Shown: positions 49,428-59,112, counted from the first letter of the stretch. The stretch: DNA of 64,000 nt from Candidatus Iainarchaeum sp. (GCA_026413945.1 JAOAJX010000003.1:98417-162416), one strand, 5' to 3'. A program made the numbers and translations. The notes: generated from the letters alone by a model not told the origin.

Positions 49428-50452
49428 TTAATCATCCCTAAAAACATAATTCCTAAAGCACAAATTATTGATTGCATTCCAAGTATTGTTAAAACAACCT
49501 GCTTTTCATTTAATCTACCAAGACCCATTACAATGTGTGTGAGTGAGCAAGCCTTTTTTGGTGCCTTTAATGTCCCGTCTTTTTGAGGCAACCCGAATGA
49601 TTCACCTTTAAAACCACTTCTTGCCTTCAGTATAAGTTCAACAAAGTATAATGACATTAAAAAGACGCCAAGCTTTTCCATGTCTCCTATTATTGCCATA
49701 GCAGCTATGGTTGCACCTCCTGTTAGGGTAAGAGTATCCCCTCCAAATACCCTGGCTGGATACCAATTAAAAAACATAAAAGCCAGTAAAGAGCCAGCCA
49801 TTGCAATGCCCAAAACAAAGGCCTCTGTCTGACCAGAAAAAAAGCTCGAAAAACTCAATGTTGAAATTATTAGAAAAAGCATTCCGGCTTCTAGACCATT
49901 AAGCCCAGCCAACATATTTGCTGCATTACTTGCGCCGGTTACACCGATGGGCACAAGAACAAGTGAATAAAAAAGGCCAAATGAGATGCCACCAATAAAA
50001 GGGATTATGAGCTGAGAAGGCAGAGGCCCAATCAATGGCAGTACCATCGGTGCGTTATTTATTTCTATTGCCATTAGTGGCAGAGCAGCAAACAATGGCA
50101 ATAAAGCATGCTGCCACTGTTTTAGGCCTTTCTTCCAGCCAAGCAGATCATCTATAAGTCCAAGGAAAGATATCATCAAAATGGTTGCAAAAGCAGCAAG
50201 AAGTTTTATAAGGTCCATTGCCAAGATACCTAAATAAGTTCTTAAAAATATTGCCGACATAAGTGCGGCAGAAAAACCAATAACAACAAAAAGGCCTCCA
50301 AGCTCGGGAATTTTTGGTTTTCTCGCTTTGTTCATATCAATGCCAACCAAGCCCCTTATTTCAAGCCTTGGTATAAGCTTTTTTGCAACTAAGGAGGTCG
50401 CTAAAAAAGAAATAGCAAAAACTATTGCACCGGCCAGAAGCATAATAATCAT
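49424..50452 (-). CDS. UDP-GlcNAc:dolichol-phosphate GlcNAc-1-P transferase (AglH/Alg7, MraY family)
   Basis: DMNK, PELGG, GLIDD, NMLAGLNGLE, FNWYPARVF.GD. Confidence 0.9.
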   Translation of the reverse strand: MIIMLLAGAIVFAISFLATSLVAKKLIPRLEIRGLVGIDMNKARKPKIPELGGLFVVIGFSAALMSAIFLRTYLGILAMDLIKLLAAFATILMISFLGLIDDLLGWKKGLKQWQHALLPLFAALPLMAIEINNAPMVLPLIGPLPSQLIIPFIGGISFGLFYSLVLVPIGVTGASNAANMLAGLNGLEAGMLFLIISTLSFSSFFSGQTEAFVLGIAMAGSLLAFMFFNWYPARVFGGDTLTLTGGATIAAMAIIGDMEKLGVFLMSLYFVELILKARSGFKGESFGLPQKDGTLKAPKKACSLTHIVMGLGRLNEKQVVLTILGMQSIICALGIMFLGMIK

Positions 50453-52818
50453 TTAAAAGCTTCTTTTTTGACAGTATAGAGCTTTAGTACTCCGGCACCG
50501 AGCTCAACATGTGCTATTTCAAAGTATTCACTAAGCTCTGGTATGCCAAACCAAAGTTTGGCAAACATCGAGTTGTTTAAAGAAGGACCAACTGTGCAAA
50601 GAACACTGTTGTTTAAATCTCTATAATACCACACCGGAGTTCCTGTTTGTGGGTCAGTTGCTGTTGGCTTCGATTGCCATTTTTCAGGAATTGCAATCAT
50701 TTGCTCTTTGCTAATGGCAAATTCGCCACATTTATAGTTTCCATCAATCTCTTTGCAGTTAATGCAATTTCCAAAAGCATACATTACTTTGTTCTTTGTT
50801 TTTGGATCTGTTGCAAGATTGTCTTTGTGTACATTATATGCATATATGTACAGAGATGCAAATCCTGCAAAGTTGTCGCTAGAAAGCAGCACATAATCTG
50901 GGTTATAGCGCTTTATTATGGCAAGACCTTCATTGATATCTTCAGTAACCGCAAACCTAGCATATTCGCCGTCGCTTATCTCCCAATGCAAGTTTCTATT
51001 GTCAGAGAATGGATTGCGCTCTGCTATAAAAGCTATCCAATGCCCAGAACCCCACCAATTGAATATCTTTGCTTCTTTTGGTGTATTGTCATGGATCCAC
51101 CAAAGCATTCTCTTCCACTCGGGCTCTTCTTCAATGTTTGGTGGGTGTTGTAGCATGTAGTAATAAGATGCGGCAATGCTTCCAAATAGTAAAAATGCAA
51201 TTGCCAAAAGAAGTATTCTTTTGCTGAGCATCATTTTGTTCTTCTCGAGATGTTCGATGGTGTGAAAAACCATTGCAGCAAAAAAGCCACCTGCTAAAGC
51301 CACGGGCAGGCCAAAAGAATATGTAAACTTAAGCTTGTGCCAAGCCATAAAAAGCCCAATAGCTATCCAGACAACAGCATAAGGGCTTAACCAATCATCT
51401 TTCTTTAAGAAGACCCATATTGGCGCAACAGCAAGGATTAACCAAGGGAATATTATCTGCATGTTGTATTTATAGCCAAATGTGTCTTTGCCTGCGCTTT
51501 CTTCACCTACGGTTGAGCCAAAGACACCTTTTTCAACAAATCTTTCTGAAAAAAATTTTCCAGGATCTATGATTGTTGCTGCAAGCACAAACGCAAAAGT
51601 GGCGAACAACATCATAGCGCACAATGCTCTAAAAAATAGCGTACGGTTTGGGTTATCTTTCAATGCAGCAAATATAAGGAATACAAACATAGCTAGAATC
51701 ACACTTGTGAAACCAATTGCAATATAACCACCGATCCCTGTTTTTTCTGGATCAAAAGGCACTGCACTCAGGATATAATTGCTAGCTGAATTTATCCAGC
51801 TAAGGCCTCTAAATGGCATAAGTAACGCTGTGAAAACAAGTATTGCAATTAAATAATAAAGCAAAATAGTTTTTATTCGACCTATTGCTTCCGAAGTTTT
51901 GCTACTGCTGAAAGCAAGGACAATTACAAATGGTAGTGAAAGGAATAGTATTATTGGTATCAGTGGATACATTGGCCAGCTCCACCCCATAAAAGCAAAG
52001 AAAAAGCCAGCTAAGACAGCATTTATAATCCCTTCTTTGCTAATTCCACTCTTAAGAGCCCTAAAAAAGAAAATAAAGCCAACTACAAGCCCCAAGAAGC
52101 CTAAAGAGTCATCCTCAAAGAAGCCCCCCATCGTTCTATAAGCATAGGCTTGCATTGTTGCAGTTGCAAATGCTGTCACAAAACCAACTTTTCTACCGAA
52201 AAGCTCCTTTCCGAAAAAGAACATAAGGACACTTATTATTGCACCATATAGTGCCGGCAGAACTTTTACAGTATCTACCAACAGGGCCTTGTTATACCCA
52301 TGACCAAGCGAAAATATTTTGTAAAGTGCAGCACTAAAATACCAGAAGAATCTTCCGTCAAAAGGTGTTGCCTTTTCCTCGGGTGCTAACCCAAAATAAG
52401 TGTTTGAATCAATCTCTGGTGGCGCGCCATCTCTGATAACATAACCAAGCATCCTTGTGTGATAAAAAGAATCAAACTCAAAAAAATAGTCGTAGCCAGG
52501 TTGCACGTTGTAGCATCTTATGGTGTACGCCAGAAGGAATATAAAGAAGAGGATCAACGCTGCTTTTTTATCAAGCCCAAAATAGCACATAAGAACTATT
52601 AAAAGCGCTCCAATAAATATTGCCTGAAAAAAAACAAGATAGTAAAGACCAGAGGAAACAAGCAACCCAAAAAGCAAAATCAATATAACAATAATGATCG
52701 CCATTAAATTAAGGAACATTGTGGGCTTGAATGTAAAGCCAATGTTATTTATTTCACTTTTCATGGCATAGGCTTCCTTTAAATCTGCCTTTTCTTCACT
52801 GCGCTTCTTCCTTGACAT
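50449..52818 (-). CDS. aglB: Oligosaccharyltransferase AglB/STT3
   Basis: FDSFYH, FEDD, TVGEE, about 13 TM, FNWWGSGHWI at the WWDYG position. Confidence 0.9.
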   Translation of the reverse strand: MSRKKRSEEKADLKEAYAMKSEINNIGFTFKPTMFLNLMAIIIVILILLFGLLVSSGLYYLVFFQAIFIGALLIVLMCYFGLDKKAALILFFIFLLAYTIRCYNVQPGYDYFFEFDSFYHTRMLGYVIRDGAPPEIDSNTYFGLAPEEKATPFDGRFFWYFSAALYKIFSLGHGYNKALLVDTVKVLPALYGAIISVLMFFFGKELFGRKVGFVTAFATATMQAYAYRTMGGFFEDDSLGFLGLVVGFIFFFRALKSGISKEGIINAVLAGFFFAFMGWSWPMYPLIPIILFLSLPFVIVLAFSSSKTSEAIGRIKTILLYYLIAILVFTALLMPFRGLSWINSASNYILSAVPFDPEKTGIGGYIAIGFTSVILAMFVFLIFAALKDNPNRTLFFRALCAMMLFATFAFVLAATIIDPGKFFSERFVEKGVFGSTVGEESAGKDTFGYKYNMQIIFPWLILAVAPIWVFLKKDDWLSPYAVVWIAIGLFMAWHKLKFTYSFGLPVALAGGFFAAMVFHTIEHLEKNKMMLSKRILLLAIAFLLFGSIAASYYYMLQHPPNIEEEPEWKRMLWWIHDNTPKEAKIFNWWGSGHWIAFIAERNPFSDNRNLHWEISDGEYARFAVTEDINEGLAIIKRYNPDYVLLSSDNFAGFASLYIYAYNVHKDNLATDPKTKNKVMYAFGNCINCKEIDGNYKCGEFAISKEQMIAIPEKWQSKPTATDPQTGTPVWYYRDLNNSVLCTVGPSLNNSMFAKLWFGIPELSEYFEIAHVELGAGVLKLYTVKKEAFK

Positions 52819-52907
52819 ACACACCCCGAACAAATAGAAATAAGAATATTAATTAAAAACTAACCATTAAGCCATAATTAGACTATCAACGACTTAAAAA
52901 ATTCTTT

Positions 52908-53408
52908 TCACTTTCTTTTAACCAAACTTTCTTCAGCTTTTATGAAGTCCTTGTAACGTTTTTCAATTCTTTCGATCTCCTCAATTATTCTGCGATGCTT
53001 TTTTTCAAGTTTTTCTGGGACTTGCCTTTTTTTCTTTGTTAGGTAATCGTATATAGCTTCATGTAATGCATCCACTGCTAAGAGAGAACAATGCACTTTT
53101 ACCGGTGGCAAGCCTTTAAGTTCTTCAACTATTCTTTCGTTCGAAAGTTCAATAAGTTCTTCAATTGTTTTGCCTTTTGCGATTGTGCTTACTACTGAAG
53201 AGGTAGCTATAGCAGCAACACACCCAAAAGTGCGCCATTTGGCATCCTTTATTATTTCTCGGCCTTTTTTGTCTTTACCAACTTTGATGTAAAGCCACAT
53301 AACATCTCCGCAGACAATGTTGCCAACTTTGCCAACACCATCAGCACCTTTTATTTCACCCATATTTTGTGGGCTCTTAAAGTGCTTCATTGCTTTTTCG
53401 CTATACAC
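52908..53408 (-). CDS. iscU: Fe-S scaffold IscU/NifU
   Basis: GN..CGD, TFGC.AAIA, LPPVKVHCS. Confidence 0.95.
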   Translation of the reverse strand: MYSEKAMKHFKSPQNMGEIKGADGVGKVGNIVCGDVMWLYIKVGKDKKGREIIKDAKWRTFGCVAAIATSSVVSTIAKGKTIEELIELSNERIVEELKGLPPVKVHCSLLAVDALHEAIYDYLTKKKRQVPEKLEKKHRRIIEEIERIEKRYKDFIKAEESLVKRK

Positions 53409-53423
53409 TTAACCACCAACCAA

Positions 53424-54569
53424 TTATTTCCAAAAAGGACTCATGCGTCTAAGTTCGTTTATTACTTCAGGCAAAACCTCACAAAAAATTTCAACTTCCT
53501 TTTCATTATTGTAGCGCCCCAGTGTAACTCTAAGCGAGCCATGTGCTTCACTTGGCTTTCTGCCTATTGCAAGCAATACGTGACTTGGCTCAAGCTTTGG
53601 TGAGCTACAAGCTGAGCCAGTGCTTGCAAAAATGCCATGTTCACTTAATTTCATAACAATGCTCTCGCCTTCAACAAATCTGAATGAAAAATTTGCGTTA
53701 TTCGGAAGCCGCTGCTTAGGGTGGCCATTCAGCAAAGTTTCAGGTATATCTAGGGCTTTCCCAATTATTCTGTCTCTCATTCTTGCTTGCCTTTTGCTTT
53801 CTTTAGGCATCTCTTTGAGCACAAGCTCCATTGCTTTAACAAAGCCAACTATACCTGCTACATTTTCAGTGCCTGATCTTAAGCCGAACTCATGGCCCCC
53901 ACCGTGAAGTAATGGTTCTATCTTTACATCATTTCTTTTCATTAGAAGACCAACGCCTTTTGGACCATAAATTTTATGTGATGAAAGCGAAAGCATGCTT
54001 ATTTTCTTGGTGTTAAGAGGTATTTTGCCAAAGGCTTGAACAGCATCGCTATGCATTGCAACCCCTTTTTCTTGACAAATCTTTGCAATTTCTTTTATGG
54101 GCTCTATGGTGCCAATCTCATTATTTGCGTACATCACAGAAACAAGAAATGTCTTTCTGTCTATAGCCTTTTCAAGAGCTTTTAGGTCAACAACGCCGTA
54201 TTTATCTACTGGAACATATGTTACCTTAAAGCCGTTTTCTTTGAGCCATTCTGCAGTATTTAATACGCAGTGATGCTCTATTGCTGACACCACAAGGTGG
54301 TTTTGCCCATTTTTTTTGGCTTCAAATGCAAGCCCCTTGATTGCAAGGTTGTTGGCTTCAGTAGCTGATGAACAAAAAATAATCTCTTCTCGAGCACACT
54401 TAAGAATTCTTGCTGCCTTTTCTCTAGCGCTTTCAAGGGCTTTTTTTGCCTCAATACCTTTGCTATGCAGCGATGAAGCATTGCCGTACTTTTTACAAAA
54501 AAATGGAAGCATGGATTTTAATACTTCTGATCTTACCATGGTGGTTGCGGCATTATCAAAATAAATCAC
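53424..54569 (-). CDS. iscS: Cysteine desulfurase
   Basis: DNAATT, SSHKIYGPKG, RSGTEN, STGSACSS. Confidence 0.96.
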   Translation of the reverse strand: MIYFDNAATTMVRSEVLKSMLPFFCKKYGNASSLHSKGIEAKKALESAREKAARILKCAREEIIFCSSATEANNLAIKGLAFEAKKNGQNHLVVSAIEHHCVLNTAEWLKENGFKVTYVPVDKYGVVDLKALEKAIDRKTFLVSVMYANNEIGTIEPIKEIAKICQEKGVAMHSDAVQAFGKIPLNTKKISMLSLSSHKIYGPKGVGLLMKRNDVKIEPLLHGGGHEFGLRSGTENVAGIVGFVKAMELVLKEMPKESKRQARMRDRIIGKALDIPETLLNGHPKQRLPNNANFSFRFVEGESIVMKLSEHGIFASTGSACSSPKLEPSHVLLAIGRKPSEAHGSLRVTLGRYNNEKEVEIFCEVLPEVINELRRMSPFWK

Positions 54570-54886
54570 TAAAAACACCTTCTGCCTTTATTGCATTTTT
54601 TTCTTACATGTTCTTCTATTATGTCAAAAAGATTGCCTTCCTTTTTTACATCATTTAGTATACTTTTAGTTAACACATATATGTTGCTCTTTCCATCCCT
54701 TTTACTTTTAACAAATCCGCATTCCTTAAGACGCCTTAGCGCATGCGATACTTTGCTTCTCTCTTCACCCAGACTTTCACTCAATTCTTTTACGCTCATG
54801 CTTTTGCTATGTAGCGAAGCAATTATTTTTATCCTCAAATCGCTTGAAAGAACCCTAAAGCATTTTGAATATGGTTTATGCTTCAT
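54569..54886 (-). CDS. ArsR family transcription regulator leading the isc operon
   Basis: F..LS..LR..I, SV.EL, S.VSH.L..L..CG.V; likely ATG 54886. Confidence 0.88.
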   Translation of the reverse strand: MKHKPYSKCFRVLSSDLRIKIIASLHSKSMSVKELSESLGEERSKVSHALRRLKECGFVKSKRDGKSNIYVLTKSILNDVKKEGNLFDIIEEHVRKKCNKGRRCF

Positions 54887-54907
54887 ATGTGAATTTACTT
54901 TCACATA
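54886..54907. promoter_or_regulatory. 8-6-8 palindrome between TATA and arsR start (putative operator)
   Basis: TATGTGAA-TTTACT-TTCACATA. Confidence 0.65.
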
Positions 54908-54952
54908 AGTTTTTAATTATATCTATGCAAGATAGAATTGGATGGCTTTTGT

Positions 54953-55591
54953 ATGGATTCACTTTTTTTGGATTACAAAAGGTTTGAACCAATTATAAAA
55001 AAACAACTTCGCGAATTCAAGGAAAATTGGCAAAGCGAGAAAGCAATTTTTGAAGAGCTGATATTTTGCCTTCTTACGCCGCAAAGCAAGGCACTTAAAT
55101 GTGATCTTTGTGTAAAAGAGCTCCTTTCCAAAGATCCCGGTGATTGGAACACCTCTTTTGTTGAAAAAATTCTGAAAAAAGGCTCCAGATTTTACCGGCA
55201 AAAAGCAAAAAATGTGCTTATTGCTAGGGATCTTTTCTATTCTAATGGCAAATATTCCATAAAAAGGATTTTGATTGAGAATGGTATCGAAAAAGATAAA
55301 TTAAAAGTTAGAGACTGGCTTGTAAAAAACATTCGTGGCCTTGGTATGAAAGAAGCTAGCCATTTTCTTAGAAACATCGGCTTTTACGATGGCATTGCAA
55401 TAATTGACAGACACATATTGAAAAATATGTTTGAATATGGAATAATAAAAGATATTCCAAAAACTATCAGCAAAAAGAAATACATTGTTATGGAAAATGC
55501 TTTGAGGAATTTTAGTGAGAGAAAAAAGATTCCTATGGAGGCTCTAGACCTTCTGTTCTGGGCCAAAAAAACAGGCTTTGTTTTTAAATAA
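54953..55591 (+). CDS. ogg: 8-oxoguanine N-glycosylase/DNA lyase (Ogg)
   Basis: EL.FCLLTPQ, IRGLGMKEASHFLRN.G, AIIDRHI. Confidence 0.92.
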   Translation: MDSLFLDYKRFEPIIKKQLREFKENWQSEKAIFEELIFCLLTPQSKALKCDLCVKELLSKDPGDWNTSFVEKILKKGSRFYRQKAKNVLIARDLFYSNGKYSIKRILIENGIEKDKLKVRDWLVKNIRGLGMKEASHFLRNIGFYDGIAIIDRHILKNMFEYGIIKDIPKTISKKKYIVMENALRNFSERKKIPMEALDLLFWAKKTGFVFK

Positions 55592-55593
55592 AA

Positions 55594-56112
55594 CTATCTC
55601 CTCGTAAAAATTACTCTAATATTTTCAGGATTTTTAATTCCCATTGCTGTGCCAATCTTTAACGCAACCTCTCCAAGATTTTTCTCTTCTTGCTCAAAAG
55701 CACTTCTCTGCCAAGAGTTTGTTTTTTCACTAGTCCTGACAAAGCCGTCCCTTATAATTTCCTCAATTTGAACAGGGAAAATTATTGCTACGGTTTTGTC
55801 TCCTTTCTTGTGAAAGCTAAGTCCAACGGTTAGATGTACGCGTTGATCACTAATGTTTCCTGTTTTTACCTCTACAGTTTTTCTTAAGAGGTGCACTGGT
55901 TCCGCGCCAAATTTTGGTTGTGTCCTTAGAAATTTCTTTGGCAGGTTTGATGGAAGAAAAGTTTCCCAACCCAAAAAAGAAATTGGCTTTTTTCTGGTGC
56001 GCCTAGATGCAAGATTTAATCTGGCTTGAGCAGCAGCACCAACAACTTTTCTTGCAGCAACACCAATTTTTCTAAAAGGCCTTGGCTTTGCATGTCCCGC
56101 TGGGCTTTTCAT
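55594..56112 (-). CDS. Hypothetical protein with basic N-terminus, immediately downstream of 5S rRNA
   Basis: SD AGGTGG before ATG 56112. Confidence 0.65.
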   Translation of the reverse strand: MKSPAGHAKPRPFRKIGVAARKVVGAAAQARLNLASRRTRKKPISFLGWETFLPSNLPKKFLRTQPKFGAEPVHLLRKTVEVKTGNISDQRVHLTVGLSFHKKGDKTVAIIFPVQIEEIIRDGFVRTSEKTNSWQRSAFEQEEKNLGEVALKIGTAMGIKNPENIRVIFTRR

Positions 56113-56134
56113 TGAAGCCACCTTCAGTCAGAGC

Positions 56135-56252
56135 GGTTGGCAGCTTGCAGGATGCTCCATGCAAAAGCACAGCGCAATCCACGCCCACGCGGGTCTTAAC
56201 TTCCGGGTTCGGAATGAGACCGGGTGTTTCACCCGCTGTATGGCCGCCAACC
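56135..56252 (-). rRNA. rrf: 5S rRNA
   Basis: GGTTGGCGGCCATA...CCCGGTCTCATTCCGAACCCGGAAGTTAAG...GCTGCCAACC with complementary ends. Confidence 0.95.
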
Positions 56253-56309
56253 AAAATAATTGTATTTAGAAACCTTTAAAAACATTGAGAATTGATGTGC
56301 TGTTTTAAT

Positions 56310-56864
56310 TCAAATTTTGTTGCGCTTCTTTGCCACAGACTTGACTATTTTTGCTGCTTTGTTAAGCCCTTTTTGAAGTAATTTTTCTGTCTTTGCGCCG
56401 GCACATATTATTTTCCCATTTTTGAACAATAAAAGAGTCAGCTTTGGCTCATATATGCGAACTATTGCACCAGGAAATTGCTCTGGTTCATACTCAACGT
56501 TATCAAGATTAAGAGCCGCTTTAAAAAGGTCAACATCTTGGTTTAAGCTAGCTGTTGCTACAAGGTTTACTATAGTATATTTTACTTTTGTTATTGGCTT
56601 TATGCTTGGTTGTATATCATGTATAAGCTTTGATGCTTTTTTTATTCCTAGAGCAATTTCTTTTTCACTAGCCGCGCCACTGCATATTGTCTTGCCATTC
56701 TTGAAGAGAAGCATTGAAACCTTCGGTTCCTTAAGTTTAAGTATTGCACCAGGAAACTGCTCTGGTTCATACTCTATGTCTGGGCTTGCCATGGCCAAAT
56801 TATAAAGATCCAGCGTTCCATTAAATGAGGCAGATGCAACAAGATTAACAATCCTATATTTCAT
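56310..56864 (-). CDS. tbp: TATA-box binding protein
   Basis: Duplicated IVNLVA / EYEPEQFPGA / LLFKNGK. Confidence 0.97.
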   Translation of the reverse strand: MKYRIVNLVASASFNGTLDLYNLAMASPDIEYEPEQFPGAILKLKEPKVSMLLFKNGKTICSGAASEKEIALGIKKASKLIHDIQPSIKPITKVKYTIVNLVATASLNQDVDLFKAALNLDNVEYEPEQFPGAIVRIYEPKLTLLLFKNGKIICAGAKTEKLLQKGLNKAAKIVKSVAKKRNKI

Positions 56865-57044
56865 AACAATCACGCCTTAAGCAGCTTATTAAAAAAGCAT
56901 GAGAAACATTTTTAAACCCTTTATAAACCATTTAAAAAGATTCTCTTACATTTTTTTAGTCTCGTGGGACGCTATTTTAAATAGTTTTCCATGAAGAATT
57001 ATTTTATTCTAAAATGTTTGGGTAGAGGTAAGATTGGTGATTTT

Positions 57045-57344
57045 ATGACTGGGAAAAGATCAAGAGGACAGAGGTCAAAAACAAGGCATAAGTTAAGAGC
57101 ACCAAAGAAAGAACTGACAATAAATAAGATTCTTTCAAAACCAGCTATAGATTCAACAGTGCAAATAAACATCAATAGCTCTTTTCATCATGGTCTTCCG
57201 CATCCAAGGTTTCAAGGGATAACAGGCAAAGTAGTTGCTTATAGGGGCGAAGGAGTAGAAGTTAAGATTCATGATGGAAAGAAAGAAAAATTGATTGTAA
57301 CCCATCCAGTGCACCTTAAAGTATTGGAGGTGGGCAAAAAATGA
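57045..57344 (+). CDS. rpl21e: 50S ribosomal protein L21e
   Basis: GLPHPRFQG.TG, HPVHLK; conserved rpl21e-rpoF-DUF655-ksgA synteny. Confidence 0.95.
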   Translation: MTGKRSRGQRSKTRHKLRAPKKELTINKILSKPAIDSTVQININSSFHHGLPHPRFQGITGKVVAYRGEGVEVKIHDGKKEKLIVTHPVHLKVLEVGKK

Positions 57345-57691
57345 TTGGCGAGCAACTAATATCTAGGGAACCCGTAACACTTTCAAAGGCAAAGAACCTT
57401 TTGGAAAAAAGAAAGCTCGATTCAGAGCTTAGCTATGAGCAAGAAGAAGCATTAAAATATGCAAAGATTTTTTCAAAAGTCACCAAAAAGCAACGCGACA
57501 AAATAATGGAAGAGTTAAATAAGCTTGGCAAAATAAGGCCTGAACTAGCAGTGAAGATTGTAGACATACTGCCGCAAGACATTGAAATACTGCGCCTTCT
57601 TCCTGACAAAAAAGATGAACTTAAAGATGAAGACCTTGAAGCTGTGCTTCAGATTATAAAAAAATATGGGCCTAAAAAGAAGGAGAGTTGA
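57341..57691 (+). CDS. rpoF: RNA polymerase subunit Rpo4 (RpoF)
   Basis: LSYEQ..AL.YA..F, AVKIVDILP; synteny. Confidence 0.92.
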   Translation: MIGEQLISREPVTLSKAKNLLEKRKLDSELSYEQEEALKYAKIFSKVTKKQRDKIMEELNKLGKIRPELAVKIVDILPQDIEILRLLPDKKDELKDEDLEAVLQIIKKYGPKKKES

Positions 57692-58254
57692 TGGATAGCG
57701 AAAATATTTTTATGGAAGAGCACGCTTTAGTGCTTGAATACACAGCAAAAGGCAGAGGTAAAACTGCCGATGCAAATGCTCAAGTATTGGGCACAAAATA
57801 CTTTACGCTTCTTGAGGTTTTACCTACGCGTGGGCTCAATGTATTTGAGAAAATATATGTTGGCAAAGATAAAAGGGATGCAATTGCCTCAGTGAAAAGG
57901 CGAATAAGCTATGATGATTTGAGCGGCAATGCAAAAACAGAGCTTGAAGCAGCTATAGAAAAAATTATTGAAAGTGATATAAAGAGGTTTTTGGATTTCT
58001 TTAACAATTCTGCTCCAATTAGTGTTAGAATGCATCAGCTTGAGCTTCTGCCAGGCATTGGCAAAAAGCATCTCAATCAGATCCTTTCTGAAAGGGAAAA
58101 AAGGCCTTTTGATTCTTTTGAAGATATAGAGAAAAGGATACCACTTTTGCCAAACCCAAAAAAACTGATCGTTAAGCGCATAATAGCCGAGCTTACATCG
58201 CCTGATGAGAAGCATTATATATTTGTGAGACCATATAAGAAAAAGCGGTTTTAA
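57691..58254 (+). CDS. DUF655 putative RNA-binding protein
   Basis: FTLLE, RMHQLELLPGIGKK, F.SFEDI..R. Confidence 0.92.
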   Translation: MDSENIFMEEHALVLEYTAKGRGKTADANAQVLGTKYFTLLEVLPTRGLNVFEKIYVGKDKRDAIASVKRRISYDDLSGNAKTELEAAIEKIIESDIKRFLDFFNNSAPISVRMHQLELLPGIGKKHLNQILSEREKRPFDSFEDIEKRIPLLPNPKKLIVKRIIAELTSPDEKHYIFVRPYKKKRF

Positions 58255-58257
58255 GTT

Positions 58258-59112
58258 ATGGCTCTTTTTGCTGAGCTTAACGACCTTTTTGTAAGGTACA
58301 GAATAAGGCCACGCAAAGCATTTGGGCAGCATTTCATGATAAACGAAGAAGTTATAAAAAAAATGGTTGAACTTGCTGATCTTAATCCAAGCGATAAAGT
58401 AATAGAAATTGGCGCAGGCACAGGATTTCTTACGAGAGAGTTAGCTTCCAAATGTGAAGTTTTTGCTTACGAGCTCGATTACGATCTTTGTGATTTGCTA
58501 AAAGAAGAATTGAAAGGATTGAAGGTTTCAATAATTTGTGGCGATTTTCTTAAAGCAGAATTACCACCTTTTAACAAAGTTGCCTCTATACCACCTTATG
58601 GGATAAGCAAGAAAATCATGCTTAAGCTTCTTAGGCATAATTTTGATTCAGCAATTATGATTTTTCAGGAGGAGTTTGTAGAGAAATTGACAGCTTTTCC
58701 TGGGTTTCCAAGCTATGCAGCAATAAGTGTTTTTGCTCAATACAAAGCAGATATTGAAGTAGTTGAAAAGGTTAGTGCATCGTCATTTTTTCCAAAGCCA
58801 AAATCAGACTCAGCGATAGTTAAAATAATACTTAAGAAAAATAAAGAGAATTTGAAAAACGATTTGCTTTTTTACAGATTTGTGGCAGAACTTTTCAGGT
58901 ATAGGAAAAAAAACCTTGGCAATGCACTGACTTGTGCAGAAAGTTTTTTGAATTCAAACTTTGGCCTCACTTACGAAGTAGTCTACAAGAGCTTAAAGGA
59001 TTTCAACTTAGATTTAAAGGTTGAGCTCAATGAAACCGCAGAGTTTTTAAGGCTTTTTGGTACTATTTCTGACTTGGCCAAAAAAAGACAAAAGCAAGCA
59101 CCATTGCAATAG
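58258..59112 (+). CDS. ksgA: 16S rRNA dimethyladenosine transferase
   Basis: GQHF, EIGAG.G.LT, PPYGIS, F.P.PK.DSA. Confidence 0.93.
   Translation: MALFAELNDLFVRYRIRPRKAFGQHFMINEEVIKKMVELADLNPSDKVIEIGAGTGFLTRELASKCEVFAYELDYDLCDLLKEELKGLKVSIICGDFLKAELPPFNKVASIPPYGISKKIMLKLLRHNFDSAIMIFQEEFVEKLTAFPGFPSYAAISVFAQYKADIEVVEKVSASSFFPKPKSDSAIVKIILKKNKENLKNDLLFYRFVAELFRYRKKNLGNALTCAESFLNSNFGLTYEVVYKSLKDFNLDLKVELNETAEFLRLFGTISDLAKKRQKQAPLQ

Noticed and set aside
56072-56279. Short ORFs on both strands
   Set aside because: They overlap the 5S rRNA gene.
56410-56780. Nucleotide-level direct repeat
   Set aside because: Explained by the normal internal duplication of TBP.
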